Part shown: piece after piece, positions 57,927 to 64,000 of the stretch
Numbering within the stretch: the first letter of the stretch is position 1
Layout: the number at the start of each line of letters is the position of its first letter
IMG/VR virus record: IMGVR_UViG_3300033559_000303
Location: 35,938 to 99,937 of that record
Source of the DNA: a virus
Length of the DNA: 64,000 nucleotides
Direction: 5' to 3' (one strand)
Program-made: the position numbers and the translations under genes
The notes under the pieces: model-generated
Databases searched by the model: none
What the model was told of the DNA's origin: nothing
Seen by the model: only the letters and a program-made list of their open reading frames with translations

Positions 57927-58074
57927 ACTAACTCTTTTTGAAATTGATTGAAAGAATCATTCACATCAATTATATTACTATCATGTTATGTATTAAGCGG
58001 TATCTGTAAATTATTACTTTAAAAATAGTTACAGAACCACGTTCATAGTATAAAATACAATTAAGGAGTGAAAT

Positions 58075-58422
58075 ATGCAAAATTCTATTCTTGAAAAAAT
58101 AGCAAAGATGAAACTTCCGAAGCTTGATTCAATAAAGAGTTCTATGTCAGGAACTATTGGAAAAGGCTTACTCTTAGGCACAGCCCAGGCTGCAGGGCTG
58201 GCTGGCGCTGGATATATTGGTAATCTTATTGGGAAGCATAGAGAGGGTACAAAGCTGACAAACGTCTTTCGTGAATTCAATCAGGAAGAGAATAAGTTGA
58301 TCACCGACGCAATGGGTCAGCAGTCGCTTGAGGCTCAGCAGGCTGTTGCAGCAGCCGCCTACCATGCTGGGCAGAAGGATCTCATGAATCGCATACAAGC
58401 AGCATCAGCGGCTAGAAAATAA
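58075..58422 (+). CDS. virion-type protein with EKIA leader
   Basis: MQNSILEKIA, Gly-zipper segment. Confidence 0.7.
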   Translation: MQNSILEKIAKMKLPKLDSIKSSMSGTIGKGLLLGTAQAAGLAGAGYIGNLIGKHREGTKLTNVFREFNQEENKLITDAMGQQSLEAQQAVAAAAYHAGQKDLMNRIQAASAARK

Positions 58423-58431
58423 GGAGTGGTT

Positions 58432-59280
58432 ATGAAAAACGGTACCCTGGAAAAGATAGCATATGTACCCGGTGTTGTGCGACGGGTAATGAGTCGGCCT
58501 GTAAAACAGGTTGCAAAACAAGTTACAAAAAATATTTCTAAGTCCACAAAGAGCGTAAAACCCACAACTACTAATGGGTATGAACCAATACGCAACGAGC
58601 TCGCCCGTACTGGTAAACCGCAAACACAACACCAGATCAATATGGTTAAGAACAAGAGATTTAAAAATGAGCAGGCACAGTACGCTGCTGAACCTAAAAA
58701 ACCACTACCTACGGTTGACAGGGCAGCAGGTGCAGAGGCTGCCAACAGACGCCTTGGTACGCAGCCTGCAGCAACCCCAGTAGCAGCAACCCCAGTAGCA
58801 GCAGCTCCAGTAGCAGCAGCTCCAGTAGCAGCGGCCCCAGCAGCAACCCCAGTAGCAGCAGCTCCCAGCACTCTTGGTGGTAAAACCAGGCAAGCTTTAA
58901 AGAGTGAGCGGGTGGCAGGTGCTCAGAATAAGCAAGTTGCCCCAGCAGCAACCCCAGCAGCAGCTCCAGTGGCGGCTACCACTTCGGCCAATAAATATGT
59001 TGGATCAGTAACAGACCCGTCTGTTGCTGCAGCACCCATAGTACGTCAGGTTGATAGAACTGCCGGCGTAACAGCTGCTGAAAACTATATGGGCAGAAAA
59101 GGCTCTCAAGCTGGTCAAGAGACAGTTGCAAAATCCGGCCCCGTTAATACTGTTGGTAAAAAAGTTAGCGGGGGCATGAGATCGCTTGCACTTCTTGGTG
59201 GTGGTATGACAATGGGAGCTGTTGGTATGGGAGCACTTGGTGTAAAGCACACATCTGATAATGAATCTTATGATTACTAA
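58432..59280 (+). CDS. basic Pro/Ala-rich protein with EKIA leader
   Basis: MKNGTLEKIA, PVAAA repeats, C-terminal hydrophobic segment. Confidence 0.7.
   Translation: MKNGTLEKIAYVPGVVRRVMSRPVKQVAKQVTKNISKSTKSVKPTTTNGYEPIRNELARTGKPQTQHQINMVKNKRFKNEQAQYAAEPKKPLPTVDRAAGAEAANRRLGTQPAATPVAATPVAAAPVAAAPVAAAPAATPVAAAPSTLGGKTRQALKSERVAGAQNKQVAPAATPAAAPVAATTSANKYVGSVTDPSVAAAPIVRQVDRTAGVTAAENYMGRKGSQAGQETVAKSGPVNTVGKKVSGGMRSLALLGGGMTMGAVGMGALGVKHTSDNESYDY
58768..58866 (+). repeat. 15-bp coding tandem repeat (AATPV/AAAPV)
   Basis: GCAGCAACCCCAGTA / GCAGCAGCTCCAGTA, about 6 copies. Confidence 0.85.
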
Positions 59281-59306
59281 TCATATTTCATAGTGCTTAT
59301 AAAAAC

Positions 59307-59331
59307 AGGGCGGTCGAAAGATCGCCCTTTT
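59307..59331 (+). terminator. terminator
   Basis: AGGGCGGTC-GAAA-GATCGCCCT plus T run. Confidence 0.75.
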
Positions 59332-59367
59332 GTTATTCATGCGAAAAAAGTGTAATAATGATTATGG
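59330..59367 (+). promoter_or_regulatory. promoter upstream of the DHH-RT-RNase H cluster, AATAAT subtype
   Basis: TTGTTA-N15-TGTAATAATGATTATG, same spacing as the array promoter. Confidence 0.6.
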
Positions 59368-59401
59368 ATAGATTATTTATTTTTTTAACAAAGGAGGACT
59401 A

Positions 59402-60571
59402 ATGTCCGATCAGAAAAAAGAAGTCTCTGAGATTTCACCTCAGAAAAAGGTTATTTTTTTTCATGATGACCTTGATGGTATTTTCTGCGCAGGATTGCTG
59501 ATGGCTAAGTATGGCCCCGCAAATCTACAGCCAGTGTCGTCAAATGATCGCTGGAGATTTGATGACCTGGTAAAGAGGGCTAGATCAAGGTATGACCACA
59601 TCACGATCGTTGATTATGCATTTCACCAGCAGGCAGATACATGGTATGACCACCACAGGGTTGATATTAATGATCACAAAATTATATCATCCAATGCTGA
59701 TAGAAAGTGGATTCACGACACTAAAGCTAAATCTGCATTTGGGCTGATAGTAAGAGATGTTTATGGTTATGAAATTCCAAAAAACATTGTTGACCTAGCC
59801 GTGGCTATTGATATGTATGACAGCGCAGCCTTCCCGAACTCGCGATACATATTTGATACCACTGATCCGGTTAATATGATTTATAGCGCAATCAGCGCTA
59901 ATGAAAACCACAAACACGTTAAGTGCATTTTATACAGGCATCTAGCATCGATTGTGGCTAGTTGGATTAGAATGGGTGGAAATGATAATGATCTGAAAGA
60001 TCTTTTATCAGTTGCGGATGTTACTCCGGCCATTGTAATGTCAGAGTCATCAAGGGCTGGCAAAGCATCGTCAGCAATGACGGTGTTTGGGGAGATGACG
60101 CTCCTTATCAGTGGTTATGGAGAGTTCCCAAGGTATGCAGAGTACCTCGCTATAGATAAGGCTGATTTGAATTCTGTAATTAAATACAATGTTCGACTTA
60201 TGCCTATTCCGTGGCAGAAGGGTATGATGCGGGTATCAATTGGCGTAAATCAGTTTTATAATGGCAAAGGTAAACTCCTGGATATCGGCAAGATGCTACA
60301 GGAAAGCCCGTTGTGCAAAGGTGGAGGACATAAAAGCATTGGGGCTGGTGTTCTTAAGGAATCTGACATGGATGAATTTGTTGAACTTATAACATTACAG
60401 CTGTCAGGACAGCTTTATCAGGAGGATGGTATGCTTGAAAAACTGGGCGTAGACGCCGAAAATGATGACTTCGAAAAAACGGCTTCAGAACTGTCAAAAG
60501 AGGCTCATGTTAATATGGATGAGGCAAGAAAGCAAGTTCAGAAAAAGGCTAAAAAAACTAAAACGGCATAA
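59402..60571 (+). CDS. DHH/DHHA1-family phosphoesterase
   Basis: FHDDLDG, IVDY, YDHH, GGGHKSIG. Confidence 0.85.
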   Translation: MSDQKKEVSEISPQKKVIFFHDDLDGIFCAGLLMAKYGPANLQPVSSNDRWRFDDLVKRARSRYDHITIVDYAFHQQADTWYDHHRVDINDHKIISSNADRKWIHDTKAKSAFGLIVRDVYGYEIPKNIVDLAVAIDMYDSAAFPNSRYIFDTTDPVNMIYSAISANENHKHVKCILYRHLASIVASWIRMGGNDNDLKDLLSVADVTPAIVMSESSRAGKASSAMTVFGEMTLLISGYGEFPRYAEYLAIDKADLNSVIKYNVRLMPIPWQKGMMRVSIGVNQFYNGKGKLLDIGKMLQESPLCKGGGHKSIGAGVLKESDMDEFVELITLQLSGQLYQEDGMLEKLGVDAENDDFEKTASELSKEAHVNMDEARKQVQKKAKKTKTA

Positions 60572-60593
60572 TAGCCTAATACAAAACCATTTG

Positions 60594-60628
60594 AAAAGGC
60601 TACCCTCTAAATTTAGGGTAGCCTTTTT
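60594..60628 (+). terminator. terminator-like hairpin between DHH and RT
   Basis: AAAAGGCTACCCT...AGGGTAGCCTTTT. Confidence 0.7.
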
Positions 60629-60649
60629 ATTTAGAAAGAGAGAATGTAA

Positions 60650-61837
60650 ATGTTTGATAATTTCAATGATTACACATTGGGTATATTTTTAAACATGGCC
60701 CCACACGGGTCTAGCAAGATTGGGCTTAGCTGGGGTAGACCATGGCTTGACCATAATGGCGTTGCAATGTCGAGCGAGGACGCCTTTAATTATATTATGG
60801 ATCTTGCAAACAATAAGAGGTCGCATACCAAGACGTTCCGCATACCGAAGCGCACGCCTGGCGAGTATCGTACTATTATTGCTCCGGATAAAGCGTTGCT
60901 CTATGTACAAAAAAGGCTGAATAAAACAATATTCAGTAATTTCAAACCAACTGAATTTGCTCATGGATTCGTCCGGGGTCGGGGTATTGCTACAAATGCA
61001 CAAAACCATGTTGGGGCCAGATCATTCGGTCACATGGATATCAAAAACTTTTTTGATACCATTACAAGGGATCATGTTATCAATATTCTGTTTGGAACAA
61101 CGGCTATGTGTAAATTCTGTAATAACCACCTCGCCATGAAGGCTGGACAATGTAATCCGAGTATCTATAAAAATAAAGATGAGGGATGCAAATACCAGCG
61201 CATGTGTAATGAGTTAAAGTGGTATGCAGGGCTTACTAATTCACAGTACAACTCCCTGGTTGATGTGATATCAAGATTGGTAACACTTGACAACACTTGT
61301 CCGCAGGGATTTGCAACATCACCGTTTATTTCCAATATCGTATTGAGAAAATTTGATCTCATTGTTGCTGAGAGACTTGCAAAATCTGGAATTACTTATT
61401 CCCGGTATGCAGATGACATGGCATTCTCACACCAGACCGAATCATCTGGTCTCCTTGCAAAAAAAGTCTTAGCTGTTGTGCCAAGTACACTTGGGCTATT
61501 CAAGCTTAAGATTAATAAGCGTAAAACATACTTCATTACAAATAAAAGCAGAATGAGTATTTGTAATGTTGTTGTCAACAAAAAGGTCAACATGAACCGG
61601 TGTTCCAGAAATTTATTGCGGGCTGAAATTCACCATGCCACTGTAAAGCGTGCCAGTGAGACAACTAAAGCTTTACTCCTGCAACTCCATGGAAAGGTGT
61701 CATACCTGCACTCCCTTAACCCTGGCGCAGCAGAGAAATTACGGAAACAGCTGGCTGCCTTTGAGGCTAAGAAGGATGTTCAAACCGACCTCTTTGGAGG
61801 CAGTTATAGTGGTAATAAAGAATATGCAGCACATTGA
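60650..61837 (+). CDS. retron-type reverse transcriptase
   Basis: IPKR..R.I.AP, AHGF, NAQNH (retron region X), DIKNFF, PQGFATSP, YSRYADD; region Y reads ICNVVV. Confidence 0.9.
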   Translation: MFDNFNDYTLGIFLNMAPHGSSKIGLSWGRPWLDHNGVAMSSEDAFNYIMDLANNKRSHTKTFRIPKRTPGEYRTIIAPDKALLYVQKRLNKTIFSNFKPTEFAHGFVRGRGIATNAQNHVGARSFGHMDIKNFFDTITRDHVINILFGTTAMCKFCNNHLAMKAGQCNPSIYKNKDEGCKYQRMCNELKWYAGLTNSQYNSLVDVISRLVTLDNTCPQGFATSPFISNIVLRKFDLIVAERLAKSGITYSRYADDMAFSHQTESSGLLAKKVLAVVPSTLGLFKLKINKRKTYFITNKSRMSICNVVVNKKVNMNRCSRNLLRAEIHHATVKRASETTKALLLQLHGKVSYLHSLNPGAAEKLRKQLAAFEAKKDVQTDLFGGSYSGNKEYAAH

Positions 61838-62300
61838 TATTCACATTGATGGATCGTGTCTGGGAAACTCCCGGACAGCGATTACGCCTGGCGGGGCTGG
61901 CATTGTGATACCAGTCCCTGATGGAAACCCGAGAACATGGTCTGCATATTTCCCGAATACAACTAGTGACAGGGCTGAGCTTACAGCGCTGTTGATGGCA
62001 ATGAAAATTGCAGATCGTGAGTATAAAGAAAGTAAAATTATTATCCATACGGATTCAAGATACGTAGTTGATGGTGTAACAGCCTGGCTGCAGGATTGGA
62101 TTCAGAATGGGTGGAAAAGGCGCAATGGAAAAGCTGTGCAAAATTCCGACCTCTGGAAGGAAATTGCAGAACTCCCCAGACTATCCGAACTCACGTTAAC
62201 GTGGGAGAGGGGTCATGCCGGTAACAAAATGAATGAGCTGGCCGACAAGCTGGCTACTTCAGCGGCGAAATCTGGCACAACCACACCCGTGTCAGCCTAG
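61809..62300 (+). CDS. rnhA: ribonuclease HI
   Basis: DGSCLGN, RAELTA, TDSRYV, NSDLW, GHAG, NELADKLA; GGAGG before GTG 61809, overlapping the RT 3' end. Confidence 0.92.
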   Translation: MVIKNMQHIDIHIDGSCLGNSRTAITPGGAGIVIPVPDGNPRTWSAYFPNTTSDRAELTALLMAMKIADREYKESKIIIHTDSRYVVDGVTAWLQDWIQNGWKRRNGKAVQNSDLWKEIAELPRLSELTLTWERGHAGNKMNELADKLATSAAKSGTTTPVSA

Positions 62301-62375
62301 CTTGAGTTACTACATCTCTAATCCTGCGTGTGAGTATAAAGTATTTCTTATACTTCAACGAAGGGGAGGTGGAAG

Positions 62376-62597
62376 GTGGGTCAACCAAGGCCTTCTGACT
62401 TCATCAATGTTTGCGTCTTTATTGGAAAAGCTGCAGCTACTGCAGCTTTATGGGGCGCCCTGAAAGCTATTGAAACTACAATTGATTTTTCAAAAGTGGT
62501 AACTACTGGTGTCAAGGGTAAACTTGAAGAAGATAAAGATCATGTGTGCTGCAAGGAGTGTGGTAACAAATACCCTCGCAGCTTCATGAAAAACTGA
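62376..62597 (+). CDS. small hypothetical protein
   Basis: GGAGG RBS, hydrophobic segment, CxxC. Confidence 0.5.
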   Translation: MGQPRPSDFINVCVFIGKAAATAALWGALKAIETTIDFSKVVTTGVKGKLEEDKDHVCCKECGNKYPRSFMKN

Positions 62598-62598
62598 T

Positions 62599-62742
62599 GG
62601 AGTCGACTTTACCATTGCGGGTTCCTTCCCTACTTACGGAATAGGGGCAAAGGTGCTTCACCTTTGTGATACGATATACATTTGTGAAAGACAAGTGGGT
62701 GTAATATGAATTCACCCCGACTCTCTTCATATTAGCCGCAAT
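62599..62742 (+). ncRNA. candidate pseudoknotted RNA at the end of the RT cluster
   Basis: ATTGCGG/CCGCAAT encloses four hairpins; loop CGACTC is complementary to upstream GAGTCG. Confidence 0.5.
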
Positions 62743-62744
62743 AC

Positions 62745-62778
62745 AAAAGAGGCAGTCTACATGACTGCCTCTTTTTTT
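62745..62778. terminator. bidirectional terminator
   Basis: AAAAGAGGCAGTC-TACAT-GACTGCCTCTTTT between convergent genes. Confidence 0.8.
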
Positions 62779-62796
62779 AGTTATTACAACCTGGGG

Positions 62797-64000
62797 TTAT
62801 TCAGATTCTTGAACTATACCAGCGTTTCGAACAATAGCATCAACACGCTTAAGTTGCTCAATAACAATGGTCAACCCCTCCATGATATCTTTTACAGCGG
62901 ACTCATCGACATCAGAAAATCCCATTCTGATATAGATAAGTAATTTTGCCATATATTCACGAAGGTCATTCAGATCATCAAGCTTGTTTACAAACTCCAT
63001 AATATTGTTTTTATTAATGAAATTCAATGCAAGCACATTGTCAACAGCTGCCTCATCCTGAATTACAGACGCCTGCTTCGTCAGGTTTACCCGAATAGAA
63101 TCAGCCGCCTTAGTAAGGAATGCATCAAGTTTTGCACGCTTTTCCAAAGTGTCATATGCTACTTTTGTGAAGTCAGCAATATTCGCATTGAAGACCGTCG
63201 CTGGTTTCCCGGTTGCCGCCGCGGTGACCAGTGTCTTTGCGGCAGCCTCTTTTGTCACACCAGAAAGGAGTAAGATGTTATATGCAGCCTCTGAAGATAA
63301 GCCTTCTGAAGCTAGTTTTGTAATCGGACTCCCACCCCTACCCTTTTCGGTATTAATGTAGGTTTTACCAGTTGCCTTATCCACCGTGATAACCAGTCTT
63401 CCCTTGTCACTGTCGCGGTATTTATACAAATCTGCAATATTCGAGCTCGGTGTCAGCATATCATTTTTATTAATGCAATGGAAAACACTGAGCGGTAGGA
63501 CTACAGCGCTATTTGGAATCATGGTAATCTGCTTACCATAAGAAACAAGATTCAATGCCGGGTCATCAGATTTATATGCATTAACAATACCTTTAACCGG
63601 GCCGGAGATAATAATTGAATCAGAACCAATAAGTGCCATTTTACCGTTAATATAAGAAACCTTGAATGAATCATTATAACAGCCAAGATGGACATATTTT
63701 AATGCGCCGCCATCTTTATAAAGAGCGACGACATCTGAATAAGATGGTTTCAATAGAGTCTTAATTGAATAAGTGGCCCTAATAGACTTTGCCCCATGCG
63801 CATCATTAGACAGGGTATACTTATCATCATCACGCCTATTGCTTGACCCATCCTGCATGATTCTTTCTGATATCTTTGCCAGCTGTGTGAGTATTAAGTC
63901 TGCAGCATTATCATTATCAACAAGTGGTGTGCCAAAAAATACTGAATCGTAATCTCTCCGATATGATGGCGCAAACTTATTTCCACCAGGTGACACAAAC
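62797..64000 (-). CDS. virion-type protein with multiple KxA motifs, 5' end outside the window
   Basis: open to the window edge; KLA, KEA, KVA, KRA, KAA, KQA. Confidence 0.65.
   Translation of the reverse strand, partial: FVSPGGNKFAPSYRRDYDSVFFGTPLVDNDNAADLILTQLAKISERIMQDGSSNRRDDDKYTLSNDAHGAKSIRATYSIKTLLKPSYSDVVALYKDGGALKYVHLGCYNDSFKVSYINGKMALIGSDSIIISGPVKGIVNAYKSDDPALNLVSYGKQITMIPNSAVVLPLSVFHCINKNDMLTPSSNIADLYKYRDSDKGRLVITVDKATGKTYINTEKGRGGSPITKLASEGLSSEAAYNILLLSGVTKEAAAKTLVTAAATGKPATVFNANIADFTKVAYDTLEKRAKLDAFLTKAADSIRVNLTKQASVIQDEAAVDNVLALNFINKNNIMEFVNKLDDLNDLREYMAKLLIYIRMGFSDVDESAVKDIMEGLTIVIEQLKRVDAIVRNAGIVQESE

Noticed and set aside
22564-58951. Many antisense or alternate-frame ORFs within the structural genes
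   Set aside because: They are shadow ORFs of long, codon-biased genes, with no RBS or motifs.
61650-61808. Long N-terminal extension of RNase H, or an RT-RNase H frameshift fusion
   Set aside because: A good GGAGG with GTG at 61809 (or ATG 61824) explains the overlap, and no slippery site is apparent.
60650-61837. DGR or group II intron RT
   Set aside because: It has PQG..SP and NAxxH rather than the DGR GxxxSQ motif. I saw no avd gene, no TR/VR pair differing at adenines, no maturase/En domain and no intron domain V.
1-64000. Alternative genetic code (stop-codon reassignment)
   Set aside because: Long genes are intact and densely packed under the standard bacterial code.

Overview
This AT-rich 64-kb window looks like part of a large (jumbo-type) contractile-tailed dsDNA phage genome. 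About 1-16.7 kb is a + strand accessory/early region: small ORFs, a SNF2 helicase, acyl carrier protein, SNase, NDK, a probable origin with 15 iterons and 2 DnaA boxes, and a fixed-spacing promoter motif. About 16.8-58 kb is a - strand morphogenesis module: tail tube, sheath, fibres, neck, major capsid, intein-containing prohead protease, terminase and a homing endonuclease. About 59.4-62.8 kb is a + strand DHH phosphoesterase / retron-type reverse transcriptase / RNase H cluster. Main finding: two non-coding loci (8620-8993 and 14088-15407) hold 8 complete and 1 degenerate units of about 145-235 nt. Their sequences differ but all share a retron msr-msd-like fold: covarying terminal inverted repeats, a small G-NNT-C hairpin and a long mismatch-rich hairpin, several with GNA triloops on the cDNA strand. 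They share a promoter subtype with the RT cluster, and the RT has no upstream ncRNA of its own. This suggests one phage RT acting in trans on a multiplexed array of retron-like templates; it is an inference and is untested. A second theme is a portable N-terminal E-K-x-A leader on many late proteins, probably a head-packaging and protease-cleavage signal. All protein calls come from motif recognition by eye; no searches were run.
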